64,000 bases of DNA from Yuukianura sp. NJ FZ-2021 (lineage: Eukaryota). The translations under genes were made by a program, and so were the position numbers. The notes beneath the pieces were generated by a model. It did not search any database, was not told the DNA's origin, and saw only the letters and a list, made by a program, of their open reading frames with translations. Location of the stretch: assembly GCA_046563655.1 (NCBI GenBank), contig JAJCTO010000018.1, positions 1 to 64,000 of the forward strand, given 5' to 3'. Position 1 is the first letter of the stretch, and each line of letters opens with the position of its first letter. Shown piece after piece: positions 51,130 to 63,374 of this stretch.

Positions 51130-52240
51130 AACTACAGTTTGATGGTGTAGAAAATTTAAATTCAGCTGAGGGGTTCACTTTGATGGTTTGATATTTTAAC
51201 TTTGGACAAATGTTTTGAATTGTGGTTGAACGTTGGCGGTAAAGTTCATTTTTCGATACGTTTCCAAATTTTGATCTAATGTTGACATACTTGTGCACGG
51301 TCGAATTTTCTAAAGAATTTATATTTGGAATTTAGACACCATGGGGAATGTAGGAAAATTCAAACTCAGTTGAGGTATTCACTTTTTTTTTATATATTTT
51401 GAAGTGTTGTTATAATGTTTATATGCTTGTGCATAGTCAAATTTTCTAAAAACGGTACCGATGGAATCCAGACACTTTGGTCAGTGTAGAAAAGTTCAAA
51501 TTTGTTTGAGGCGGTAAAGTTCAAAATATAACGTTTTTAACTTTGACCTAATGTTTAGATACTTGTGCACGGTCGATTTTTCTAAAAATGCTATTTCTGG
51601 AATCTGGACACTTTGGTTAGTGTGGAAAAATTCAAATTTCTTCAAGGCGGTAAAGTTCAAAATATAGCGTTTTTGAACTTTGCCCTAATGTTTCGGTACT
51701 TGTGCACGGTCGAATTTTTGAAAAATGATATTTTTGGAATCTAGACGCCTTGGTAAGTGTAGAAAAATTCAAATTCATTTGAGGCGGTAAAGTTCAAAAT
51801 ATAACGTTTTTCAACTTTGACCTAATGTTTCGGTACTTGTGCACGGTCGATTTTTCTAAAAATGCTATTTCTGGAATCTGGACACTTTGGTAAGTGTAGA
51901 AAAATTCAAATTTCTTCAAGGCGGTAAAGTTCAAAATATAACCTTTTTCAACTTTGCCCTAATGTTTCGGTACTTGTGCACGGTCGAATTTTTGAAAAAT
52001 GATATTTTTGGAATCTAGACGCCTTGGTAAGTGTAGAAAAATTCAAATTCATTTGAGGCGGTAAAGTTCAAAATATATCGTTTTTCAACTTTGTCCTAAT
52101 GTTTCGGTACTTGTGCACGGTCGAATTTTCTAAAAATGGTAGATTTGGAATCTAGACGGTTTGGTAAGTGTGGAAAAATTTAAATTCATTTGAGGCGGTA
52201 AAGTTCAAAATATATCGTTTTTCAACTTTGACCTAATGTT
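51130..52240. repeat. Second block of the 136-bp satellite, same orientation
   Basis: Same gaggcggtaaagttcaaaatata...cacggtcga...ggaatctagac units; degenerate at the 5' end. Confidence 0.93.
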
Positions 52241-52811
52241 TTGAACAAACCATACAAGGGATTTTTGAAAATATTAAATTTTTGGAACGACAAGACATAG
52301 TACAGCATGGTAAGATTGAGATTTGCTGTTGAATTTCCTGGTTTCGTCTTTTCTTTCGATTGTTCAGTTCTGTTTTGAGTCTGTTCACTCTAAAATGAAA
52401 CTCTAGTTTCACTCTAAAACACCCTCACTCTCACTCACAGTTTCACTCTCACTCTAAAACTCTACTCTCTGTGTATTTTTTGGTCCCCGCTCCCGTTGCC
52501 TCCCATTCGGCCTCCCGCCTCTCTCCACCATGAGATTTGGGAAAAAACCTTCCTTCAAATGAATGAGTGAGGCGAAGGTGGGATGTCTCCCCTTCACGCG
52601 GAGATTTTCTTTTCTGAGTGAACAGATTTTAATATTAAATTTCATTATTAGTATGCACAAAATGAGAATAAATGGATGCGTTTCTTGTATACAGCGGCTA
52701 GAATGGAAGTAGACGTCGAGACGAGAGGACGTGTTTTGTAAATTGTCTCCTATTTCCTTCCGCAGAATAACATCGTAATTGTACTACCTACGCTTTGGCG
52801 TAAATTTTGCC

Positions 52812-53808
52812 ATGGAATACAAATTTGCCTTGCACTCAGCAGTTAAACTTAGAGAATATCCACCAGGCACAGGAATTATTGAAGATATTCATATTCTCGG
52901 TGAGTATCTGTTACAAGTTTCTTGTTTGTTTATTATTTGACATTACGTTTAATGCAATGGTATATTTTTGCAATAGGTGGAGTTAGGGTTTATGCCGTCA
53001 GATTATCGGGTGAATCAACACTCTCGTACTTTACGGATCGAGAGCTGCGAATAAAGCCAAACGTGGATGCGGACTACGCACCCGGTGTTTCTGCACCTTT
53101 GGTTCCTACAAGTTCATCGGTAGCGGTAAAGGTTTATCAACCTTTTGTATATTAACTGTAGGTTAAGAGGTTAGTTGAGTTTAACTACTAGAAAGATGCA
53201 AGTGTTTCAATACAAACGCAAGGTTTATGTTGTAGGTAACTTGTCAAAAACCGCTGGATATGAAACAAAATACATCGTCAGTTTGTGCTGTTGCGACAGC
53301 TTCCAGTTCTACAACGCCTACTACCCGCGTGTTGAGATCTTCAATGCAAAGAAATGGTAGTCTGTCTAAACTCTAACCTAAAAACCATATTTATTAATGT
53401 CTAATTACATAATGTTTCACGTTACACTTTCAAATAGGAAAGGGTTCAGGAAGTGAGCAAAATGTTGCCGGGTACGAGGCTATACAAAAGGAGCGTAATT
53501 CCAATCGTCAAATGCTTGGGAAGAAACGTACCAAAGGAGTCGACAAAGTTGCGGATGCCGTCAAGTCTTGTCGGAAAAATACAAAGGAAACCAGCCCGGA
53601 TGTAACCAATGGTCCATACCAAGCAAGTCAAGGACAGGTAGGTTCTTGTGTTGTTCGTTCCAACCAACAGCCGAACCGGAATGATACTCATACAACACCA
53701 CCCAACACCGACAACAATTCACAACATGCCAATTTGTTTGATGTCCCGCTGATTGATGCAACAATGGGTCCTTCAGCCAAAGTTCCAAAGAAGCGCCGTT
53801 CTAACTGA
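52812..53808 (+). CDS. Protein with N-terminal Tudor/SH3-like barrel, low-complexity tail and basic NLS-like end
   Basis: MEYKFALHSAVKLREYPPGTGIIEDIHILG|GVRVYAVRLSGESTLSYFTDRELR fits F..V....G.I..I....Y.V.....F...EL; 4 exons; ends KVPKKRRSN*. Confidence 0.6.
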
Positions 53809-54005
53809 TTCGGATATGTTGTCCAATGATTAGTACTACTACAGACTGAACGTCTTTTTAGAATGCATTTCATATTTTCTACAAGTATATATTCATTGCA
53901 AGCGCTCTGTTCCGTGGTTGTTATTAATAAATATTTCAACGAATGGCTATGGACTTTGTTGTTACGCGTTACATTCCATGGTAAACTTCTACCTACTTTT
54001 TTGGT

Positions 54006-54071
54006 TATAAAACGTTACAATTGACACGTGTCGTGGCAGTTGGTGTCAAGTTGTTGAGGAAGAAGGACGTG
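54006..54071 (+). promoter_or_regulatory. TATA-Inr-DPE core promoter
   Basis: TATAAAA at 54006, gcAgtt with A at 54038, GGACGTG at 54065 (+28). Confidence 0.7.
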
Positions 54072-54243
54072 TCCGAGCTTATATTGTCAATAATTTGATT
54101 CTTCCGGAATTGTACAGAATTTCTAGTGTTTGATAAAAGGTTGGCTTTTCAATAGAATACCTGTTTATTAATCGTATTCATAATCACTATTCTAAAACTT
54201 TATTCGTATTAGGTTTCGTTTGTAGGTTGGCGTTGCAGCTGAC

Positions 54244-54822
54244 ATGGAACAGTTTGACGAAGACGGAGTGGTGAGTACTAGGCTAGTTGTTTTTATTCAA
54301 AGTGTTTGTACAACTTATTGTAGTAGTGTTAGCCAATTTGTGTCCTTGTCTCAATTCCAGATTGCTGTAGTCAAGGATGTCCTTTCACGTGTCACTGCTT
54401 TGAAGGTTGATTTTCCTGAAATGTATGAAAAGTTTGAAGCGCCCATGATGAGGACGGTTGGTAAGGCCATGTTATACGCCGCCGGAGGAAAATACATCTA
54501 CACTACAGAAACGCTGAAGCACGCAGTTGACGACCACTTTGGGCGGGAGATTTCTGAATTTGAAAAACTGAAACAAATGCTGAACGCCCGCTTTGATACT
54601 GACATATTTGAGGAGAATCATACGCCAAAAGTGATGGGTTACACCTATGAAAGGGAGGTCAAAAAGATGGAATTACGCCTGAAGGTAATTTCAGACCGCC
54701 GTGTGGATTTGCAAAATGAAGTCATTGAACTTCGTCGACTTTACGACCTTTTGGACATGAAGGAAGGAAATATCCCGCTTGGTGTAATTGTTACTTTGTT
54801 GGAATCGATTCTTATCAATTAA
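54244..54822 (+). CDS. Hypothetical protein, AAGG family member 1
   Basis: MEQFDEDGV, intron 54271-54360, then IAVVKDVLSRV...AMLYAAGGKYIYTTETLKHAV...YEREVKKMELRLKVI. Confidence 0.75.
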   Translation: MEQFDEDGVVSTRLVVFIQSVCTTYCSSVSQFVSLSQFQIAVVKDVLSRVTALKVDFPEMYEKFEAPMMRTVGKAMLYAAGGKYIYTTETLKHAVDDHFGREISEFEKLKQMLNARFDTDIFEENHTPKVMGYTYEREVKKMELRLKVISDRRVDLQNEVIELRRLYDLLDMKEGNIPLGVIVTLLESILIN

Positions 54823-55273
54823 CTTCAACTAAGACAACAAATTTGGAATATTTGTAGTAATTGAGTCTTTGTGTTTTCTTGTAGGCTGAATCACTTGTTA
54901 GTTTAGCAATGGCTATAGCATTCGATTGATTTGATTCCAATAATTTTTTTGTTCTTTACTGCTGTTTTGGTAACTGAAGTTAGTAAATGTTATCTCTATA
55001 AAAGCTATTCTTGAATTCAAAGCTTTATTTATTTGTACGACAACCGTCTCAGTTCTCTACGCAGTAGTTTTCTAGCTTTTCACCTGAACGGACGTGTCCA
55101 AAGGTAACTAGCCTCATTTACCGCTGGTAGGTACTTGTTCAAAAGATTGCAAAGTTCGGGTTGTTCATATTGAGTGTCTGATAAAGCAAAACAAAATTCA
55201 TTCTTCATATTTAATTTTAGTGTCTTCATTGACATAGTAATTTACGGCAAACCAACAACCACCCGCAAATCTT

Positions 55274-56034
55274 ATGGGAATATCAATAAGTAAGTTTGAC
55301 TCATAATTGGTTTTAAGATAGTTTATCAGAACAAGACTTTTATTTTACTGGTTGTGTGTTTTAGACATAACAAGTGAGCGGAAAGTATTGCTTGCATATC
55401 GCCGAAAGATGAGCGACGTTCCGGATATGTCAATCATAGGCAAAATTATTCCTGACTCTACTGACGTAAATCTTGTTGGAACTTTAACAGTATCTCCAAC
55501 TCGAGGATTTGTTACATTTTCACACTGTGATCGAGGATTCAACAACTGCATCACCTTCTCAACAATTTCTGAAATGAACGTCGTTGACAACTCCTCAATT
55601 CAGTTTATGGACGGAGACATTCCATACGTTTTCCAGCCCTTGCAAGAAGCAAACGTTACCAGAGCAAACATGAGTAATTTTGTAGCAGTTTATCGGAAAC
55701 ATTGCAAATATGCCAAACGGCTGGAAACACTACATGTTCAGCAGATGGAAAAGATTACATCTACTTTGAAGATTATTGTGGAAGATTTGATGCAACAAAA
55801 GTAAAATAGTTGGATTAAGTTTTTACACATTGCTAAACACTTATAAATTTGGGCGTTTCTTGTTTTATTAGGTCCATGGCACAAAATCTTTCTCCGGAAA
55901 TTGTTTCAGGAGTGAATTGTTTGGAAGAATTGGCGGCGGAAGAAAAAAGCATCCTTCATGAAACACAATCTGGCAACCGTTTAGCTTCGTCTTCTTTTGC
56001 TTTGAAAGAGAAGAAGAACAGAATGGATAAGTAA
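55274..56034 (+). CDS. Hypothetical 3-exon protein with a beta-rich (PH/GRAM-like?) segment
   Basis: MGISI|NITSERKVLL...NLVGTLTVSPTRGFVTFSHCDRGFNNCITFSTISEMNVVDNSSIQFMDGDIPYVFQP...QQK|SMAQNL...MDK*; splice phases are consistent. Confidence 0.6.
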
Positions 56035-56600
56035 GAAAAATTGTTTCAATTACAAGTCTTAAGGAATTTAGTTCGATTGGCTTTTTCGAAACCAGCTGTT
56101 GCATTTTCGCAAAAATTAGTACTTTATGGATTCTTTCAATTAACGTCAAGTAAAGACAACAATCACTGCGACTTTTCAGTTATTGATTTTATCTGTTTTT
56201 TTCATTTGAATGATTGTTAGAAATGTTTCTTAGTTCAGGAATGCATATAATATTTCATTAGGTTAAGGTACATCTAATTAGCTAACCTAACTTAATTTTA
56301 GTAACTTTTTTCTTCCACGCTGTATTGCTGTTTCATAGTTGTAATTAATAAAAATTTGTTATTACGTAAAAGCTATTTTTGATTTCAAAACTATATTTGT
56401 TTGTGCGAGAACTATATTTTTCTGCGAAGTTGTTGCCTAGCTCTTCACCTGGACGGACGTGCTCCGAAGGTTACTATTTTCGTTTGAGGCTGGTACTTGT
56501 TTAAACAACTAAGTTATCAAAATTGCTAGGATTTTGCTTGGACTTTTCAGTCGTCATACGTTTTCAGTTGATTTCTGCATATTTTTTGCTACTTGGTGTC

Positions 56601-57159
56601 ATGGAGCCTATGCCTCTGCATGAAATGGTAATCAACCAATTCAGAAATACATTTGTAGTTGATTGGGGGTTTACAAATATTTAACATTTTTTAGGTGCAA
56701 GAGGTCAAGCATGCTATTTCGCACGCAATCCGATTAAAAGAGGGAGTTCCACAGTTGTACTTTAAACTAAAATATGCAATACTCCGGGCAATTTCACATG
56801 GAATGATATTTGCAGCTGGCGGGCTATACATTTACAAGGCTCATACCCTCAAGTTTGAGGTGTACAATCAATTTGGATCTGAGATTATGCATGACTCTGA
56901 ACTTAAAATTTTTCTGGATTCGCGTTTGAGTGTGTTAATTTTTGAAGACGGGAAAATATCAACCAATCTACCAGCTGTGGCTCGCGAAAAAATGAGGATG
57001 GAGCTTCGATTAGAGAGAATTAAAAACAGACGCACAACCTTTGAGACTTCCGTTGCTATTTTGCATTCCGATGTCACTGAATCTGATCCAGGAGGCATTA
57101 TCTTTGATCTTCGACACATTGTTGCCCACTTGAATAGTATCCTATCATATAAAATGTAA
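56601..57159 (+). CDS. Hypothetical protein, AAGG family member 2
   Basis: MEPMPLHEM|VQEVKHAISHAI...GMIFAAGGLYIYKAHTLKFEV...AREKMRMELRLERI. Confidence 0.75.
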
Positions 57160-57484
57160 GAGAATGCTTTGCATAATCTTTACTTTGAGTCTAACTTGAT
57201 GTACATATTTCTCCATTTAGTAAAAGTTTATTAACTAGTGGAAAATAAAATATAGCAGACCGGTTAGTCGGAGTCGATTAGACAATAAGTTGTTTTTTTC
57301 CTGCGATAAAGTTCTACTCTACACGATGTTTTTTTGATTGTAGAAAAATCAAAATACAATAATTTATTTTCATTTTGGTCGTAAAGTATGGTTTGAATAT
57401 GGTTGTACTTTTGGATTTGTTGAAAAAATTTTGGAGGTCCATTTTAAAGTTAGTAATGTAGTAACTTATTATTTGATCATTGTG

Positions 57485-57520
57485 TCAGTCTTGTTGTGAC
57501 TTTGAAACCGTTAGGACGTG
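57485..57520 (+). promoter_or_regulatory. Inr-DPE core promoter
   Basis: tcAgtc with A at 57487, GGACGTG at 57514 (+28). Confidence 0.7.
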
Positions 57521-57856
57521 GAAAAGTATAGTTGCTCCGAGTGGTAAAGTGGAAAAGTCTTTTGAGGTAAACTTTTATTTATACAAGCTTTTTCGTTATT
57601 ACCGTTTTAGTAGTTAGTACATAGTACGTAGATGCCGGTAGGTTGAAATTTGAAATTATTTTGGCAGGCTTAATTAAATTTCACAAAAAAAATTGATGTT
57701 TTCCTGCATTCAAGTTTCAATGAAACTGGATAAAGAATTGGGTATTGCAACACGCAAAATTCATTTTTGGTTGCATTTAGTAGGTGGACGGTGTGGAGCA
57801 CGGACGTGTTTCTTGTGAACCTCCAGTCTAACTTTAAATGTAGATGTCAAGATATC

Positions 57857-59570
57857 ATGCAAGTGAAACGAAAATGTACCTTCGCTGATGCAGACCGCAC
57901 GTCCAAAGTTCCACGTTTACAAATTCAAATAACTCCGTACTCTATTTCTCTACATCAAGACGGGATTCTATTAAAAATGCTGCCAAATTGTGGTGTTCAA
58001 GTAAACATCGTCGGGAACGAAAACGTTCAAGTTACTTCTATCCACGTTGACCAACAAGTAGAATTTGCTCAACCAGATGTCGCTGCGAGGAGCGTCTTTT
58101 TCCAGGACCCAGCTGCACAACTCTCCAACAGTAAGAACAGTATAAAGTGTTGAGGTAGAATACCCATGATTTGTTTAATTCTATTGCTTCTAGTGAGTGT
58201 CGAGCAACGTGAACAGTTTTTGGATTCAGAAATGGGGGAAAGAGCCGCGGACTGTCTACAGGCTTTGAACAATCTAAAGAGCGTTACAAATCGACCAGTG
58301 GTTCATGAAAGCCAAGTTGAGGTGGCAAAATCTTGCATTTTGGAACTCTGCTCATCGCGTGCGAAAGTTCGTCGGTTGAGTGGCAATATTGTGCCCATGT
58401 ATCCCTTGTCGGTTCGTACTGAGCTGGTGCGTTCTGGTCATGCAAACCCTCTTCCAATCAACGTCACTCATGGTAATACTTGACCAACGCACTATGGGCC
58501 GGGTAGGCTTTGTGTTTGGTAAAAATTATAATAAGTGAAATAATATAACATGTAGTCAGTGACCCCTTACGACTAAACGGCTGAACCAAAGTATTGAGAC
58601 CTATATATTTTCGGAATCAGCAGGTCAAGAGCTTTCCAACGACACCTTGTTTGTGTGGGGTCGTCATAGGATGACCTCTTGACCTCTGGTGACCTTCGAT
58701 AGGCCGTTTCAGACGCACTACTGCGAAAATGCAAAAAAGGGCAGCAGTGTATGTTCTATAGAGTATGACCTTCCTATTAGCGCTTAGAGTTTCAAAATAC
58801 ATAGTGGAACCTAGGGGAACGGGCTGATTTACTACAAGCCCATACACTGCAATGCTAAATCCCAACTTCCGCTTGCCATAATGAAATAACGAAGGGCCCT
58901 AAAGCTTAGCCCTTGCGTGAAAAAAAAGTCCACCTACTGGAGAGACTTTTTAGGCCTGCAACACTAAAATCGCTTACATCGACTAAATACCAGCCACGAG
59001 GCCTACCCGGCCCATAGTGCAACGATGCGACGTAATTTAAATTATCATTTACACGTACTTTTCTTTTGCAACATAGGGACGGAATTAACGGGCAATGTCA
59101 GTGACGGGCAAAGTACATCAGCACTTTTTATTCAGAGCTTGTAATTCGTTCCTACTAGTGTCAATTTAATTATTAATACGGTATGTAAATTGATTCTAAT
59201 GAAGGCAGTGATGGAGAAGGGCAAAATGCTTCAAACTTTGTGGCGCGTCCCGCTCCAGATGCTTCTCAAGAAACTACGCGAGGAGAGGTACCAGATTTGG
59301 GGAGGCAAGGTGTGAAAGGTTCCATTTCAACTCGTTGAGGGATTGGTTATCTTTATTAATGCTAATATTATATACATTCTGGAACAGGAGCTGACCGTAC
59401 GACTACAGCGTCAAAAATTGCTGTCAATCCTCGTCGCTCCAATCGATTGACGACAAGTGGAAACAAACGTCGTTCAAATAGTAAGAAAAGAATGATTCTG
59501 TTTTAAAGCACAACTGTGAGCATTTTTATTTTTTGTAGCCCGACGAGTTGACGAGGATGAATCCAATTAG
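57857..59570 (+). CDS. Multi-exon hypothetical protein (Transib MITE in intron 2)
   Basis: MQVKRKCTFADADRTSKVPRLQ..., exon 58194-58472, then short GT-AG exons to ...DEDESN* at 59570. Confidence 0.55.
58490..59019. mobile_element. Non-autonomous Transib-type element (530 bp)
   Basis: TIRs CACTATGGGCCGGGTAGGC and GCCTACCCGGCCCATAGTG; exact 5-bp TSD caacg at 58485-58489 and 59020-59024. Confidence 0.9.
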
Positions 59571-59842
59571 CCTCTGTTGATCTCTCATGCGACTTACAAT
59601 TTTCTTTTGACGTCTATGCAGTTACACAAATCAACATATAAGCTTACAAATGCAAGATTGCGTTCGTTGTTTTCAAATTACATACATGCAGATGCCTAGG
59701 TATTTTCGATAAAATACTATTGTATTGGTAATGAATGATAATGCCTACATAATAAAATACGAGATCTAATAACAACACAAAATTATTTATATTCACTAAT
59801 GTCGAGAAGCTTCGGTTGAGGATTGCTGTCGATTTTGTTTTG

Positions 59843-59907
59843 TATAAGAAAAACTTTATATTACAATTGCTTCAGTTTTGTTTCAACTGTGAAAGTGTGA
59901 GGACGTG
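59843..59907 (+). promoter_or_regulatory. TATA-Inr-DPE core promoter
   Basis: TATAAGAA at 59843, tcAgtt with A at 59874, GGACGTG at 59901 (+28). Confidence 0.7.
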
Positions 59908-60034
59908 CACAACTTTTTGCTCCAACTGGTAAAGTGAAAAAGCCTTTTGAGGTAACTTTAATTTAAAAAACGTTTCTTGGTTATTATCGTTTTAGTAGCA
60001 GGTACAGTAGTTTACCTGTTGCCGATAGTCAGCA

Positions 60035-61727
60035 ATGGGAAATTGTTTTGGACGACGTAATTCTCATTTGGAGAAAAAGAAAAAAACGTTGTCATCCACT
60101 CCAGTTGCATCTGAACTGGATACAGAATTGAGTATAGTACAACGTAGTTGCAATTCCACTTGTACTCAAACTTTCAACGAAGGAATGTATGCATGCATAA
60201 ATTTTAAGGAAAACATGGGGCTTTTTTTCCCTTTACTATTTCAATTGGAATTCTGTTAATTACTTTTAGGATTGACATGGCCTCCTGTATCCCACCAAGC
60301 ACTGAAAAAGAAGGTAAGCTAGTCTTGTGCAATTATTTTACCGTAGGTATGAATTTTTCGAATTTAAACTAAAATTTATAAATTTACAACAGGTGATCTT
60401 TTGGAAAATAAATTGGAAATGGGCTTAAAGATTTGTGAAACTTCCCAGTTGCCTGCAACTACAAGCGCAATGCATATTTCAAAAGGTAAACGTAACCATT
60501 TTCTATAGTCTCAAAGTCAGCATTACTTTCTATTGTATTTTTATCTTTGTAGTTCACTCCTTGAATTTTTTTTAGATCCCAACCTTGTTCAAACGAACAT
60601 TTGCAATGAAACTATAACGGTAGCATCACAGCCAAAAAACGTTAAGCCTCTACAAGACAGTGTTGCACCTGTTGTTGTGGCAATGGAACCACAAGTCAAA
60701 CACACCGATGTGAACGTGCCGATGGATATTCCAGCTGAGCAAAAAAAGAAGGTGGTACTCAAGCTAGGGACTACGACTGTCCTCGTTCATGCTCCAATGG
60801 ATGATTCAGCACAACAAGAGCAACAACCATTGGAAGCTACAATGGAGGCTACAATGGAGGCACCAACATCGGTTGAACCAACCATCCGAAATGTTCATTT
60901 CCCGTCTGCAACGAATGACATGTACATGAGCAGCGACGCTTTTTATTATAATACAAAATCCGGTAATTGTACTAAATTTCCTTTTATATAAGGTTTAATT
61001 CTATGAATTCAATTGTGCTCGTTTTTGATTGTCTAATTTAAGGCATCCCAGTGCCGGCTTATGTCAACGTGTCAAACAAAATTGATGCTACTCCTGGACC
61101 TAGTAACGTGTCTACAATGGACTTGTTGTTGCCCCGAGGTGAGAAACAAATACCCACACCCGCAGTTTCAGTCTTCAATGCATTTATACTTTTTTTTTCT
61201 TTTAATTAGAGCCGATTTTTGCTACCATCAATTTGCCGTATTATATTACGGTTTTCCCAACTTTTATTACCCGTTCTGAAACCCAAATGGTTATCTTTTA
61301 CAACAAGCCAATTGCAAGTTCATCCAAAGTGACTGTCGTCATAACTACCTGTAACGGGAGACGTTTCGCTGAGACTGCAATTATTGCCAATCCGTTTAGC
61401 TTCATTGTTTCTCTTCCAAGTAATTTTCAATTTGTTCAATTCAATTTATTCAATTTTGTTAAAGAATAATTTTTTTTCTATTTAGGATACTTGACTGACG
61501 ACCTTCCACTTTCGCTAAACTGTACTGTGAGCGTAGATGGAGTAGTTGGTGCAGATTTGAAACTAAGTAAAATCAACAGTTACCAAGTTTGGAAACTTGA
61601 CAACTCTGATGAAGCACGTAAAGCCGGAGGTTACAACTACACTGACAAAGAATATAATCCTCCACCCCGTCCCGAATTGCCGAAAAAAAATCCTCCAAAT
61701 ATGGTTTTTGGAAAGGATTTCTTCTAA
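60035..61727 (+). CDS. Multi-exon hypothetical protein with N-terminal acylation-like motif
   Basis: MGNCFGRRNSHLEKKKK start; about 7 GT-AG exons; beta-rich C-terminal part (PYYITVFPTFITRSETQMVIFYNKP...LSLNCTVSVDGVV); ends ...MVFGKDFF*. Confidence 0.6.
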
Positions 61728-62064
61728 ATACTAGATTTCAGTTGATTTAGTTAGTCAGCTTAGAGACGTATAGCCTCATTAACGCGTATTGACCAATAAT
61801 TAGTTTTTACAAACTGGTACTTGTTATATTTTTAAGATTATCGGTTTACTAAAGCAATTAATGTTGTTGGTTTTTCCACTGCTTTGTTTCACAACTCTTG
61901 TTTTCCACTATACAGCATTATATTCTTTAGATTACACCTCTTTAGTAGATGCGGCAATGCTTTAATCAATATGTATTAAACTTTGCTCACTTGTTACATC
62001 GTGCTTTTAGTTTACTACTTTATTTAATACATTGCTAAAGACAGGCGTGCTTATGCTTTATCCT

Positions 62065-62224
62065 TACTTTCCGTTTCCCGCTACTTGCTGTGGGGAAAAT
62101 TTGTCGTACGACTATTATTTGGTGATTATTTGCGTCGTAATTGGATTTTAGTGAGATGTTTTGGCGTTGCCATGTGACCTACGACAAATTTTTCCCGGGG
62201 AAAGTAGCGGGGAACGGAAAGTAA
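62065..62224. repeat. Inverted repeat with ~44-bp arms (MITE-like relic)
   Basis: ttactttccgtttcccgctactt...gggaaaatttgtcgta versus tacgacaaatttttccc...aagtagcggggaacggaaagtaa. Confidence 0.75.
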
Positions 62225-62462
62225 ATACCAGGTATTAGAGGCTGGTTAGGTTAGGTTTACCTACGGCTGGTTTGATTTTTAAGACAATACAAGTTTTGCC
62301 TTACGTCAAGATACACAGTCAAGCTTAAAATTATTTGAATTAAATAAAGTTTGAATTTATTGGCTTGCTCGAGTCAAAGTCGTTGTGCTACACAGACTTG
62401 TCCAAAGTAATATTTTTATCGATTAACGAAATTGCGTTCAACAACAAGTTGCAACATCAAGG

Positions 62463-62531
62463 TATAAATACGATTGCTACAGAAGTTGAATCACATTAGT
62501 CTTCCTCATTCTCTTGCACCGAACAGACGTG
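62463..62531 (+). promoter_or_regulatory. TATA-Inr-DPE core promoter
   Basis: TATAAATA at 62463, ttAgtc with A at 62498, AGACGTG at 62525 (+28). Confidence 0.65.
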
Positions 62532-62782
62532 TACCAATATTTGCTCCTTATTCACTTTCCTATCTTTGGGATTTGGAGATTTGGGATTTTAAAGTTACGT
62601 GCCATTCTACACCTACTGCTAAATCTGTGATTCTGCTGCAACGGTAAGTCTTAGCCTAAACGCGGATTCATTTATTTAAATTTTAGTGTCAATGTTCACT
62701 TAGTTGTTATTTGAATCCTTTGGTTAGGTGACTGTTTTCCTTCTGATCATTCTGCTACTTTTTTGGGGTTGCCACTAAAACA

Positions 62783-63374
62783 ATGGATAAATCGGTTGGT
62801 ACACAATAAAGCATGATGATTTACATAATAACAAATGTGTAATATTCACTAACTGTTGCTTATTTGTTCGTAGGTGAAACAAGTACTTGCAGCCATTAGC
62901 CGTGTGAAAACCATGCAAGAAGGTTGCCGAGTGACATATACAAAAATTAAAGGGGTACTTTGTCATGCGGTAGCAACTGCAATGTTGTATACAGCAGGTG
63001 GTAAATGCGCCTATACTGCAGAAACTCTAGAGCAGGCTATAACAAAAAAATACAGCATGATAGTCAAGAGCCAGAATGATATCTACGTAACGGTTAAGGC
63101 GCTGCTCGATGCCATGGTTTACAAACAAAACGTTACACCCAAAATTCGTGGGTTAAAATATGAACGAGAAGTTAAGAAAATGAAGCATCGGCTTGACGTA
63201 ATCAAGAAAAGACGAATTGAATTTCAGCATGCTCTTGATTCTTTGCGTAGCACTGTTGAAGGTTTGCAGTTGGAGAAGGGCTACGGGGCGGATTTTCTTC
63301 TTGAGAAGATTCTTGACAACTTGCAACGTTGTTTCGATCCCACATTCAAACCAGCTTCACATTTTACGTTCTAA
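62783..63374 (+). CDS. Hypothetical protein, AAGG family member 3
   Basis: MDKS|VKQVLAAISRV...AMLYTAGGKCAYTAETLEQAI...YEREVKKMKHRLDVI. Confidence 0.75.

Noticed and set aside
52385..52470. actct/actctaaaa short repeats
   Set aside because: Low-complexity microrepeat with no further structure.
58490..59019. CACTA/EnSpm classification because the ends start with CACTA
   Set aside because: The TSD is 5 bp and the terminus is CACTATG, which fits Transib better.
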